This document shows positions 50,681 to 63,900 of a stretch of 64,000 nucleotides of DNA, piece after piece. The stretch's first letter is position 1. Every line of letters starts with the position of its first letter. The notes below the pieces were generated by a model. That model had not been told where the DNA came from. It ran no database searches and was given only the letters and a program-made list of their open reading frames with translations. Location of the stretch: NCBI GenBank assembly GCA_051362555.1, contig CM120648.1:8490587-8554586 (forward strand). The letters are read 5' to 3'. The translations under genes were made by a program, and so were the position numbers. Source of the stretch: Lingula anatina. Lineage: Eukaryota > Animalia > Brachiopoda.

Positions 50681-52776
50681 ATTATATTTGACTGGAAAAC
50701 ATGGGAAAAGAACTAGATAACATGAGGTGATAAAGTGAGGGGGAAATCTAAAAAAAAAGCCTCAGTTTCTAAAATTTTAGTATATTTTCCCTAGGTGCTT
50801 TTATTGATTGTCTTTTATGCAAAATGTGCAGATAATGTGCATGATTTCCAAAAAGAAATTACTAAGTAGAATGTTAATAAGTATGGAGTAAATAAAAGGG
50901 GGAGATATTTGTTATATGTTCATATACTATACTAAGATATTATGATACTTAGATTTTTCTGACACAGGAGTGAAATTTCAATATTAGCATTAGTATTTTA
51001 GACTTTATTTCCCATGCGTTTTACAGCATCTGACAGTTTTTTTTTTTTCGTTAGCCAGTTTGTGTTTCTTATATACAGATTTAGGGCACAAATATTTCAA
51101 ACACATTTTTTTACTGCAGCAGGGTCCAATAAAAAGTGAACGAAAAGCGCAAGAACTTCGAAACAACCACAGGTTTTGTAGAAATTTTGAAAAGTGATCT
51201 CTATTCAGTCAGTTTAAGTGGATATGTATGTAGGTGTTATACACGAAGCTATTTTCCATCCTCTGTCCGTGGTTATTAAGTTAAAACCAAGAGCATTCCG
51301 ACTCGGCCATTCTCGGGTGTTTTCGTATCAAACCTACTTGTTACGGAAATGGATTATGAGAGACCCGTATGGAACCGTGCATTCAAAATCATTATTATCT
51401 GTGATTAGATTTTTAGTGTTTCAAGAGAAGATTTATTGAGTATTTATTCATTATCAGTTTTTCGGTTTTTGAAAACTGTTTTTGTATATCTTGTCTATGT
51501 GGAGATAAACGATTAGTTTCCTGTTTTAAATACAAATGATGTTAGAATACGCACCAAGTTAACTTATTATTTACTATCATGTTTTCTCTTAATATTTAGG
51601 TTACCGTTCATAAAACTTCATTTAGAGTATATTTATTAAATTTCTGTCTTAACCGCACAAATGATTTATGCATTCAGAAGAAAATAATGAATTTGTAATA
51701 TTAAACTAATTCATCATACTGTGAAAACATTTTTTTGTGTTTAAATTAATTGGTGCATGGGTTAATTATACTAAAATAACGCAAAGGTTCAGCGATTTGT
51801 TAAAAAATAAATCATTGAAATGTTTGTGTGGATGCGTTGGGCGTTTCCTGATTTTGGTGACTCAGTAGCAAATATTAGCGTTTTCTTTTATACAATGGCA
51901 AATATTAGCGTGTTGCATAATTTAAATGTCCTTTTTACTTTAAATTTTGGATAACTTGACATGTTTTAACTTCTTGAATTTCGATCATTTGAAGGTTTTG
52001 GTAGACTTCTGACATTTATAACGTTATTTGAACCTAGTGACCTTTATGAAACGATTCGAGCAATAAGAAACAAAAATATTTTGTACTATATTATGGGGAC
52101 TCGGCAGTTAAATATGCTAAGTTGGGAATGGAGGGGGGTTAAACATATTTATTCGTTCATGAAAAATATATAATATTTACATCTAAAGAATTGCTTTAAG
52201 ACCTGTACGCTCATCTTAAAAGAATCTAAAAATATAACCAATTAACTAATAAATATCTAGTGAAGACGGAAAAAAAGAAATGTTTTATTATGAGAAATAC
52301 TATATAACAGTAATTAAAGAAGGGTTGGCACGTGTTGAGGCGGTGAGACCATAAGGAAAATAGGCGGCTTTGCTTTCAGTTGGTAACGGCCATATTTCTT
52401 CCGCGGATCAGTTAGTCCGCGGATTATATGTTCTGAATGCGGCCCAATGGGTCCATGGATGAAATATGGTCGACCCACTTGAAAGCAATGCCGAATAACC
52501 CTCTTCCAGTTTTGGAAATAAAAAAAGGGTTGGATAATTTGCAAAGGTCATTTCATGGTTCGTGGCTGCGATCTGTTAAATTGCAAGGCCCCGGCAGGCC
52601 CGACGTGTGTATAGTGGGCGGGGAGACCATTAACGTTATACTGAAATATGGACACGACAAAAACGATTGAGAATTCAGCCAATAGTGAAGGGAAAAATCG
52701 AAAAGGTGAGATTGACTCCTCCTAAGGTCTTTACATCACGTATAAATAAATATATAAATACATATGCGCAGAGCAA

Positions 52777-54186
52777 ATGCCACTTTTTCTATGCGCAATG
52801 ATGTCCATGAATTCGTCCAGCGATAAGATGGCAACAAAAAACGAAACTAGCCTGTGGAATATGCCAGGATTTTTTGATGATACAAGATGGGCAAACATCA
52901 CCGTGACTCTGTTGACCGTCATCTTTTCAATGCTTGGTACGTTCGGTAACATTTGCGTTATTATCATCACAAGAAGTACTCCGTCTCTGAGAACATGGTG
53001 GAATTCATTCCACATTAACTTAGCAATAGTCGATCTGTTCATGTCCACCGTTGGGTGCCTGGGAGCCATTTTGATTGTTTGGTTATGGGATGAATCGACA
53101 CCTTCTATCGTTTGCTTTCTAGGGCGCATTTTGGCCATTGGGCCATTTATGAATATTGTTATTTTGACGAATATTAGTATCTTGCGAGCAGCAAAATTTC
53201 ACAAGCCTACCTTGACCATCCGTAAATATATTTTTAAACTATGTCTGACTGCACATTGGATTCTTGGCGCCGTATTCATCATCTTTCAAACAGTGTCTGA
53301 CAATATAGTTGTGTTACCCCTGCAATGTCACACGGGCGAAGAGCGATCACTCGGGGTTTTGTCCGTACTCACGTATACATTTGTGATAACTTTCATTTTA
53401 CTTTTAGCCTTGTGTTACACGTCAGTAATAAAGAAACTGATGAAGCAACACAAGGCCATTAAGCCATATTTCGCTGGCTACTCAGTGCAGACGATATCGG
53501 CCAGTGTCGCCGATATGTTTTTAGCGGACGGTGGCAACAATAGAGGGGAGTCACCTCATCCGAATTTTACTTCGTTAGAGCGTGTCTCTAGGCGGGAGCA
53601 GGGACAAAGTGTTCGAGTACCAAAATCTGCAAACAATGTGCCATCCGAGATAGAAGATCTTTCAGATAGAGACGGCCAGGGACTACCAGGAGTTCCATCT
53701 CCACCTTCTTCTGTCCTGCAGCAAACGAATGTAATAGAATTCTTTCAAAGAGAAAATTGCGCGAATGCTCAAGTTCGATGGACAAGAGGCAACGAGAACC
53801 CTGACACTATAGATATAACACCGCAGGCAACAACTGACGTGATGGATGTTCGCGTAGGTTCGGACACGCACTACGTAGAACTCATACAGGTAGACCAGCA
53901 AGTAATTTTGTCTAATTTGATTTTAATGGGCATATTTCTAATTAGTATTTTGCCATTTCTGATAGCTAATTTGGTGTTTCAGTTACAATCGCCAAATCTT
54001 AATACGAACCAGTATATTATCAGTCTTATTGCAAGTTCATGTGGATTTATAAATACATGTGCTAATCCTTACATATATACGCTGCGATCCCGCGTGTTTC
54101 GGGAGCGCCTTTGGTCCCTAGTTCACGATGGTACTAATTGCTGTCGACGTAGCTCCACCTATGTTGTAAGGAGCGAATTTATTTAG
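52777..54186 (+). CDS. Intronless orphan rhodopsin-like (class A) GPCR
   Basis: 469 aa with seven hydrophobic segments, GN in TM1, NLAIVDL in TM2, Cys at the top of TM3, NPYIY in TM7, a helix-8 FRERL motif and N-terminal N-glycosylation sequons. Confidence 0.9.
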   Translation: MPLFLCAMMSMNSSSDKMATKNETSLWNMPGFFDDTRWANITVTLLTVIFSMLGTFGNICVIIITRSTPSLRTWWNSFHINLAIVDLFMSTVGCLGAILIVWLWDESTPSIVCFLGRILAIGPFMNIVILTNISILRAAKFHKPTLTIRKYIFKLCLTAHWILGAVFIIFQTVSDNIVVLPLQCHTGEERSLGVLSVLTYTFVITFILLLALCYTSVIKKLMKQHKAIKPYFAGYSVQTISASVADMFLADGGNNRGESPHPNFTSLERVSRREQGQSVRVPKSANNVPSEIEDLSDRDGQGLPGVPSPPSSVLQQTNVIEFFQRENCANAQVRWTRGNENPDTIDITPQATTDVMDVRVGSDTHYVELIQVDQQVILSNLILMGIFLISILPFLIANLVFQLQSPNLNTNQYIISLIASSCGFINTCANPYIYTLRSRVFRERLWSLVHDGTNCCRRSSTYVVRSEFI

Positions 54187-54690
54187 GTGCTGAAGTGCTT
54201 TATTTCCATTTGATGAACTAAACATCAACATGAACAGAGTGTTTTTATTCATATCTTCTGGGGATGTGAACGTGAACATAAATTTTGTACATTTACACGT
54301 GGTTTTATAACGTTCTTTGCTTTAGCTTCCCCCCCCCCCTGTCCCCATTATGCTTTAGCGAAAGATAACAATAAATATCTGATAACGTGCCATTGCTTGT
54401 TTCGCTCATGCTTTTCACATGTATTGACAGTATAGGAAAAACGTGCATTTATTTGTATCACTAACAGGAATAAAGGTAGTTGTCGGCGCCATTCTCGTGC
54501 CAAATAATCTTATCATTTTGGTATGGTTACCATGGCAAAATCCCCTTATAGGCTTTGCTACATCAGAAATGTCTACTACTAGACAGGTATCAAATTTTAA
54601 ATTCTGATTCATCCTGTTGTGATATTCACAAACAAGAATATTAACTCTAATACTGGGCACTCACGTTGATCTATGAGATGTTTTGCAGAG

Positions 54691-54823
54691 ACTTCGACGT
54701 TTCAAGGACATCTTCAGGAAATTGTCACTACAGGTGACGACAATCAAGTGACGACTGCAATACCACCGGCAGTGTCACCCATAGTGACAGTTCCCTGAAA
54801 ATGGCCTTGTGATAAGTCAAGAC
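54691..54823. mobile_element. Inverted-repeat relic resembling Penelope-like element termini
   Basis: 36-bp imperfect inverted arms 54703-54738 / 54774-54809 containing CCTGAAGA..GAAACGTCG (minus strand) and CCTGAAAATGGCCTT..AAGTCAAGAC (plus strand). Confidence 0.45.
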
Positions 54824-55237
54824 AATGTGATCAATTAGTTAAAGAAACTTAGTTTTGACAAACCCAAATGTTTTTCTTAAGAAAAATGATCTTAATTTTA
54901 CTCCAAAACCTATACTTACATGCCAAATGTGTTTGAATTTATTTCTTGTGCTATTTATTAGTGATGTGACATGAAGAAATAACTAAGGTCAAAATTCATG
55001 AGACTTGCGGATAAACCGTGAGTTCGACAAATCTGCAGGCTTTAAATATCTGATAAAAAACAGCCGACGCCTCCTTTCAGTTTCTGTACCTACACATCCA
55101 TTCTCATAAAAAAAGGTGCATATCGGTATTAAAATACAGGAAAAAAACTGAGGAAATAATGTTCACAGTTAAATATTGATCAGTGGAAACGCACAACATT
55201 TCAGTGCTGAACGTGCGGTATCCGCTGTTATATCGCA

Positions 55238-55273
<36 letters not shown>

Positions 55274-57809
55274 GAATTCCTATGACCTGTAGAAATCTGT
55301 AGAAAAAAATCTAAACGCAACAAGATTTCCCACAGATCTTGTGATGGTCTGAGCCATGCCTAGCTTTCTTCACTGTTAAGGATATACAAGTGAAGTTGAA
55401 AATTCTTAAAAATCAATTTCTGTTGCACCACAACTGATCATATCATACCTCCCTACGGCGGGGGCGTATTGAACAATGTATAAGGAACCGACAAGCATAC
55501 CCAAAGACAAAATTAATGGCTTTATGGCTTGAATGAATATTGGTGCATATGATGCAAGTTTTGAAAAGTAATGGAATTGAAAAAAAAAGTGCAATCGAAA
55601 ATTTTAAGGAGAATAAATATTGTTGTCTTTGGAAGATCTTTTATGAAATGAATAATTATCACATCGAACATTGCCGTTATGGGTCTTGCACAAAGATAAT
55701 ATGAGTTTTTACCTCCACATACTGCACAACATGGGCCGTTTCACAATATCTCTTGTACTGTGGCTCCGTCAGAATAAGTCAACTTACACTGAGTTGATGG
55801 GTGCGTAATTCCTGTAGAAATAACGCGGTCACCTTAATATACCTAAATACACTGATGGTGTGATTGATTATCTGTCTGGTTATACGACTGACTGACTGAC
55901 TACTCGATTTATTGATTAGCTGGTTGGTTATTACTGTATCCCCCCCCCTCTCTCTCTCCTGCTTTCATTCAGCATAAAGCAAGGAGCAGACAGTCTTATT
56001 TCGTACCAATAATGCTCCTACTTTCAATCATGTAGACAAAAATGCATTTTTAAAGGCTAACAATCATGTGTTTGATAAACTGACTTCGGTCGTTTCTATT
56101 AAAAAAATAAATAAATAAATAAATAAAAAAAATTACGGCCACGGAATTCATCTCAATAACAAACAAACAAAAAGAAATAGACTGTGCAAGTTTGAGTTTT
56201 TCCATGCAATAAAATTGTGGAGATACACATAAATATCCCCTTTTTTGTTTCAATGAAATAAAAAAAAAACACGTTTGGAATTGCAAACAGGATTTTTACG
56301 ACTCCCGCATTATGCATCTGAAAGATTTTTCACTGAAAAATGAATACTTTACAATCAAAGTTCAAATTACAGAGATATTAGTTTCGTTTACTTATGGCGC
56401 ACAGCTTTGCGGGATTTTAAAAAAGAAGATCCCTGGGGTTATTTGGATTCCAATTAGTAAAGATATACGTTTTACTGTAATTTAGACTGTGCTGACGTCA
56501 CTGGAATCGTTATAACGAGGATCATCCAAGGAATCAGCACCGCCAAACAACTTTCCGTTTTTACTTGTAACTTTTCAGATAACGCACTTGATACAAATAA
56601 AGATATAAATGACAAGCTCTGAAGTCCCTTTTCCTGCTCAAGCATAAAGGATAGGCATTTCATGAGCATAATTAGCGTCGTATTTCGATACCCCAGGTGA
56701 GCCAAAGGGTGAATATTATCGGCAGAACCTTTGCGCAAGGAAGACTCAATTTACATGACGGTTCCTCGGAGTAATTATCGAGAAAGCCACGCCTGTCTAC
56801 AACCGTTACTTAGACAGAAATGGCGTGACTGAATACTTTCTGTCAGTCATTTGCATGTAGTGCTGAGACACACCACGCAGCTGAAGCATGAACCAATGAG
56901 TGGCCAATGGCTGCAGACTTCTCGCTGATGTTTCGCGCATCTCTTCTATTTGTGAAATAGGCTCACGTAATCAGTCTTAAACGGCAACAACTCTTAGTAT
57001 GATATCCATACTTCACAATATTTACATTGTAAACAGTTTATACAAACATAACGAATCCTATTTTACTACAAAAACGGCAGTTATCGCAGAGCAGCCATCT
57101 AGGCCTATAGAGAACAATTGTCCTTGCTATTGGACCATTGATCTCTGTAGACCTAGATGGCTACTCTCTCTAATAATCTACTAAGAGATTGATTATTACA
57201 AGAAACGCAATTTTTTAGGGAAAACATTGACTAACTTCGAATGTCGGAACTAATTCATTATCATAGAAAAGTACATGTATGAAAAAAAAAATTTTCTCAT
57301 TTTATCATCATCGGTAAAAAAAACCTGAAATCGTGCTGGACCGACGTTTTAAAACTAATGTTTCAACTTAAAATATTCACAGAGGTAATTAGAAGGCAGA
57401 AAAAGCCATAACATGAATAAGGTATCAGGATAGCTGACCGTGCATGCGACCACAGCTGCCAGGGAACACTGCCAAACACTGGGCTTAAATTTATTCATTT
57501 ATATTTTATTATTTTATAGGCATATACATTTTCTCCTACACTCTCACACACTCCCATTCAAGCACCTTCTTCTACATATAAATATATGCTGATATATACT
57601 CTTCCACTTACATTATTTTTTGCATATGTATCGCGCAATATATTTATTTTATTTATTTACATATTTATTTATTTTACTGCATCGCAAATTTGAACTGTCT
57701 GTGGTGTCATTTAATAAACTGACCAATATCGACGAGGAATTGTTTCCATGAGGAAGTATTGACATTTTCTCATTGCTGAGAAGGTATGGCAACTGCTATC
57801 AAATTCTCC

Positions 57810-57895
57810 AATTCGATGAGTCATGCAAGAAGGCGGTGACAAACATCCATGTCGTAAAGGTATAAAATCTCAAAATCACGAAACCTGCCTAGCAG
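57810..57895 (+). promoter_or_regulatory. Putative TATA promoter with AP-1 site
   Basis: TGAGTCA at 57817-57823 and TATAAAA at 57861-57867, 96 bp upstream of the ATG at 57957. Confidence 0.5.
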
Positions 57896-57956
57896 TGCCG
57901 GTTAGTCCGTGGAAGGCGTACTATGAAATAGCCGGAGATTCGTAATCAGTGGCACG

Positions 57957-60900
57957 ATGTTCAGTGCCAAGTCTACTCTCAGCGGCGTGTTTCTGTTTCT
58001 TGTTCTCACAACGGTCACTGGGCAAGGAAACGGCATTCCCGAGCTAGATGCTACAAATTACGGGAGCACCACGCCAACTTTTCAAAACACAACGGTTTTG
58101 AATTCAACTTTCACCCAGGACAGTACGTCCACTCAAAATAAAACCAGAAATGACGAAAACGCAAAGGAAGTGTCTACAGTACCTTGGACCTCGTCGGACT
58201 CTAGTCTTGAACAACCAGAAACAAAAACAGCGATTACCGCGGGATTCAGTCGTCCAGAGGCGTCCACTGGCAAGACCTCTTACCCTTGGCGCGGGTTCAC
58301 AGTTGCTTTGTCCTTTCAAAATAGTACCGGACAACACAGCGAGGATCCCGCTCCTCTCACTACTACAGTAGCTGGATCCAGTTCGGAATCAAATTCAGGG
58401 GATGCAGGGCTGATTTTTAACCGTACTTTTCCGCCACAGATCTGCGCCAGAAACCCAGACAAACGTGTTAAAGTGTTTTGCTACTGCGATGAATTCTGCG
58501 ACGTGTTCAATGATTGCTGTCCGCCGCTTCACACCTGTCCGGAGAGCTCACAAGCCGAAGAGGATCACGGGAAAAGGAGGGCGCGAGTGGGACTTGGACG
58601 AAATAACATTGCTTGTAAGTCACAGTCCACAATACGTTTAAGAGGAGTTGTAAGTCATAACTTTTGGATGATATCAGCGTGTCCGAATGAATGGGGTAAC
58701 GACAGCGTTCGTGATAAATGTGAAAATTCAACCAACAGAAATGCCATTGACCGCCTTCTTCCTGTATCGGATCCCGTCACAAAATTGGCATTTCAAAATC
58801 AATACTGCGCGGAGTGCCACCTTTCTACCAACCCAATCAAGTGGACGTCATATGTCACGTGTTTTTGGCCCGGCACAGTTGAGGGTCTTTCCATTACAAG
58901 CGTGACCGATGTCATGGATCTTTTGAAATCAAGACCGTCGTGTGGGCTACGCTTTGAACCGCCAGCAGATTTATCCGGACGCCCATGTGCCCCGAATGGA
59001 AACCCACCAGCCAGGTTTTTGTCGTGGCAAACCGGGCGACATTGCGGACCGAATGCGGACCCACGACTTAAAGAGCTGTGTTCCACCGGACCAATGTTAA
59101 TTACACGCGTCCGACAGGAATGGCGTCCCTCCACCTACATGAGAAACGTCTTTTGTTGGCTTTGTGAAAAAGACAGCGTGATGCCGGCGGATATAGATTG
59201 TCCAGAAGAGAGTAAGTTGTAACCGAAATCATATCGTATATAACTATTGGGTTATTTAGACATTGTTGCAAGTAAATATATGTCACTGTTTGTAAATCTG
59301 CTACCAAAACATTGCATTATTGAGGCCAAATCCACCACATGATAAAACTTAAGTTGTAACTACCAAATAAATACCATTTTATTTGTGTCCAGGCCATTGC
59401 TTAATAGTTCTCTAAATACATTGCACATGTACTGTATGTTTCACGTTGTTAAATTCGACCGAAGAAATAACGTAAGATCTCATTAATATGTTGATGATGC
59501 CTGGTATCCTTTTAAATAATTTAACTAATTGATGTTGGACTTTTGGGATAAAGTGTCCATTAAGTAATTCAAAATATTCTCTTCGAACTGAATTTGGTAT
59601 ACTTTTGTTCAATATTCAAAGCCACATTCAAAACCGAAGGCTGAAACGTAAAAAAATCCCTTGTACCTCCAAAACCCATGGTATTGATCTTATTTTCAGT
59701 CCCAGATGGTGCCCGCGGCTTCAGTCCCGTAGGCCTCACAATGCTGCTTGATCCCTCAGCCGAACATTCTAAAGCCTGTAAAGCAGTGCGAAAGGTGAGT
59801 TTGTCGTAGATCACCATAAGAAATTTCAGCTGAAGATGGAACAAAAACAGGATAGGAAAAATTATTGCATTATAATTATTTATTATTATTATTATTATTA
59901 TTATTTTTTTTTTTTAATTTTTTGCTGTATTTAGAAAAACAAATTCAAGATTTTTTGGTTGTCCGTGCTCTTTTTCCAAACTATGTTGCTTTAGAGGATG
60001 GTATTTTTGTACAAAAAATTTTAAAAATTTAAAATTTAAAATTATGTCCGTAAAATTTAAAACGAGTTTTTTGGAGGTTCAATTAGTTTATAAACCACGT
60101 CTTTGAAGCCAATATATTGTAAATGTCGCGTGTGTACACCAATCTCTTGGTCTTTTCTTTCTACGTCTATTCAATCGCGAAACGGTCTTAAAATATTTTT
60201 GAAATAACCATTGGATTGCAGTTTGAAACATCTGTGTGGCTTTTTGTGGTTTTTATTTTGCTTGGATGTGGTACGGTTTATTTCCGAATTTTAAATTACA
60301 AGCAATTTTTGGGAATTTTGTTGCATCTGCGTCCTGAACAAAAATCGATTAAAGGGTACATTTTCTAAAAAATAAAAAGAGACAGCCTCAGGGGTTAGAA
60401 TTACATTTATTTTATTTGTATTCTTTATTTTTTATTGCATTAAATTAACTTTATTTTGTGAATTAATAATTTTACAGAGCGTTTAACTTTAAAATGTGAA
60501 CATCTGCATTACGAGCGGAATTTAAAAATTATTTTCCTACTGCCTTTATTAATGTTTTTAAGAAATTCATACCCTAAAATATTTTTTATTCATCCTCTCC
60601 TCATACTAGTTCTATATCAAGCAAAGACCAAATAAAATTGCTTTAAGACGTATTTGATGATAAATAAAACCTTTATTACAAATCATTATGAACGGCTAAT
60701 TAGCATGTATGGACGGAAATGCAACTGTACATTGTTACCTGGGTACAACAGGTGTACAGAGAAACTTCATATAATTTCTAAACCGATTCAGATCTTTTAA
60801 AACTTAAAGAGGATAAAAGATAAAGATTATTATGAATTGAAAAAAAATTTGAAAGATAAAATATTCAATGAATACATATTTTGTATCAAAAAGTGCATTC

Positions 60901-63900
60901 TCACTTGGCAAATCATGTAAGTGACATTGTCATCCATAGCACGTGTATAGTTATTAACACAAACCTTGTTTATGATGCATTGTTTCTTCAAAGTATTTTC
61001 AGTTACTTTAAGTGCAATTTCAGGAGGCTTTTTCACTCCGTTCTGAGTGTCCCCGAAAGTTTATCACCCCCTAGCTGCTCGTAGAGGCGTATTATTCAGT
61101 TAATGTGATTGCATTCAGCAAAAGTCCCTGCGAAGTTGGATCGATCTACGTAAATTCATTAGGAATACGCTTCGTGTATATGTTTGGCACTTGGAGATAT
61201 TTGCTATCCGTGATTTTCCATCCGTAATTGCAGATCGTCTTTCAAACTTTCGCAACATTTTTTTCAAAACTTATCTTTTACGTTTCTTATATTACAATTA
61301 GAGTTATGAATTAACCATTTCAAAATAGTTTATCCTTTAAATAGATCACTAACAAAGAGCAGAGTTTTGAGGTTTTGAGATAATTTTCCGTCCAATAGTT
61401 CTCAAGCTTTTCAATTTTTTCAAAACCAAATCAAGTCAGAAGCTTAGGGTTGCACTTGTTAATATTTGACAAACTTGAACAATACATTTCTTATAGTTTT
61501 TGTGAAAAGGAACAATTTTAAATAGAAAAATTCCTTCCGTACTGCAAAACGAATGTCACGCTTGCATTTTGAGATTTGCTGTGGTGTTTCTAGCAAGGTT
61601 CTGTTTCAGTTAATCAATCAATTAATCAATCAATTCTTCATCAAAAGCATACTTTTTGTAGAACTTGCACCCCCTCCCCGTGTTCTAAAACAAAATAGGT
61701 AACATTACATAGCAAATTTTGAAAGAAACATCTCTCCTCTCAAAGCAACAATTATTCCAAAAAACATGCTGACGACACTACCCTCATTCTCAACGGCAGC
61801 AGACTCTCATTTCTTGCAGCATTTAATACACTTGATTTCTTTTTAAAAATATCAGGTTTGGCGATAAATAAGAGTAAGACTAAATTAATTTGGATTGGCG
61901 CAAAAAAGTTTAGCAATGAGGTATTTCACCATGTAAGATGGAAGATGAATTGGGTTTATGACAGTTTTAATTTGTTAGGTATTGAATTTACATTGAAGTT
62001 GCAGGATATGATAAAAATAATTTTGAACAGTACATCGTGAAAATTAAAAGAATGTTGCAACAATGGGAAAGGAGACCTTTGACGCCCATTGGCAAAATCA
62101 CTGAACTGAAAACCCTTGTTGTATACCCATGTTAAACCACCTATTCATTTCCCTTCCCAATCCAGATGAAACATACATGAAAACATTAAACACAATGTTC
62201 TTTCAATTTATATGGGACAAAAAGTCGGGTAAAAGTGAAAAGGAGTGTAATAACTGGTAACTATGAACAAGGTGGTCGTAAGATGTTAGATTTATTTGAC
62301 TTTATTGCTTCTCTTAAATGTACTTGGATTAGAAGAATTAATTCATCAGACAGACAACATATTATGGTCCACTTCTCCAAGCTATTTTTGATCGAGATGT
62401 AATAAGTTATATATTTGCTTTTGGGAACGCGTATTTAGACAAGCTTATTAAGGACTGTAGTAACTGTTTTTGGAAAGATGTTCTGGTTTCCTGGAAAGTA
62501 GTGATAACACGCTTACTAGAAAGAAAAAGTATAATATCTGTGGAGCCGATTTGGTATAATGATAATTTTAAGATTGGAGGTAAGCCTATGTTTATAAGGA
62601 ATTGGTTTAACAAAGGCGTTAAAATTGTTGGCGATTTTCTTGAAAATAACAGAATTTTAACAAAGGAAGAATTTGAACAAAAATTTAGCCTACAAAACTG
62701 TGGTGAGCTTACATTTTACGGTATATGAAATTCTATTAAGCACAGGCTTATGAATAAAACACAAAACGATGTTCTTGAGATCACCTTTCATCCATTTTTG
62801 CCTCAAGCAATAGAGCTTCTTATCAAACATAGTAAAGGCTGTACAGACTTTTATCAAACTCTCTACAAGCCAGCTACACGGATGAAAAACGAAAAAAAAA
62901 TGGAACGCAAAATCAAATTTTGATATGCATTGGAAAGATGTCTATAAGAACTGTTTCGAAACAACAAAGAACACCAAACTGCAGTGGTTCCAATACCGCA
63001 TAATACATAGGCTCCTGCCTTTTAAATCATATTTAAAAACTATAGGGCTTGAGAACGATGACGTCTGGTCTCTTTGAAAATTTGGGAAGAACTGAAAGCT
63101 TACATCTTTCATAGAACGAATAAAAACATTACCTTTAATGAAAAATGCTTCCTTCTCGGCTATCCAACAAACCAAAACAGCCCAATTAATTTTGTTACTC
63201 TTCGTACGAAATTTTATATTTACAAAAGTTTCAAAAAGAAAGAATGTATGCGCCTTTCTTCACTCATAAATTACATAAAGGATCAATTTATAATAGAAAG
63301 ATTCAATGCATTAAAAAAGCTAAATTTAACAAACTTTGAAAAAAATGGGAAAATTGGTCAGACATGTTTGAATTTAATTAGTATTCATCTGTTTCAGCAA
63401 AATAATATATTGCACTTTTGTCTTGTTTAATAATCTATTGTATGTTTGATTGAATACATTGTGGTATCGATCTTTATTATTATTATTATTTTTTTATTTT
63501 TACATCTATTGTTCGTGAGATTATATACGTATATTCGTGTGTGTGTAAGAGAGAGAGTGAGTGTGCATTAACCATACTTAGGTATATGTACATTCCTGTC
63601 CTGAAATTTTTCAATTAAAAAAAAATTATTCCAAAAAAAAAAGGAAAGGAGCAGTATGACAGCCTGTACACGTTGAGGTAGATTTGTTTGATAGAATATG
63701 AAAGTCAGAATGGTTTTCTTCCAGGCATCTTGCGATGATGATGATGATGATGATGATGAGAGCCAATGCCAGTCAGTGATTTCATCCTTGTTTAACGTGG
63801 AGTTTCCTTTCCAAGTGGCTGTCATCGCCAACGCTGCTTTGAAAGCTTCGGCCTACCGTGGTGTTTGCGCAGCTGTTTATATACATGCTAACAGCGTATT

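Noticed and set aside
57940-57960. CAGTGN loop upstream of an ATG as an iron-responsive element
   Set aside because: The flanking five bases do not pair. Other CAGTGN sites inspected also lacked the stem.
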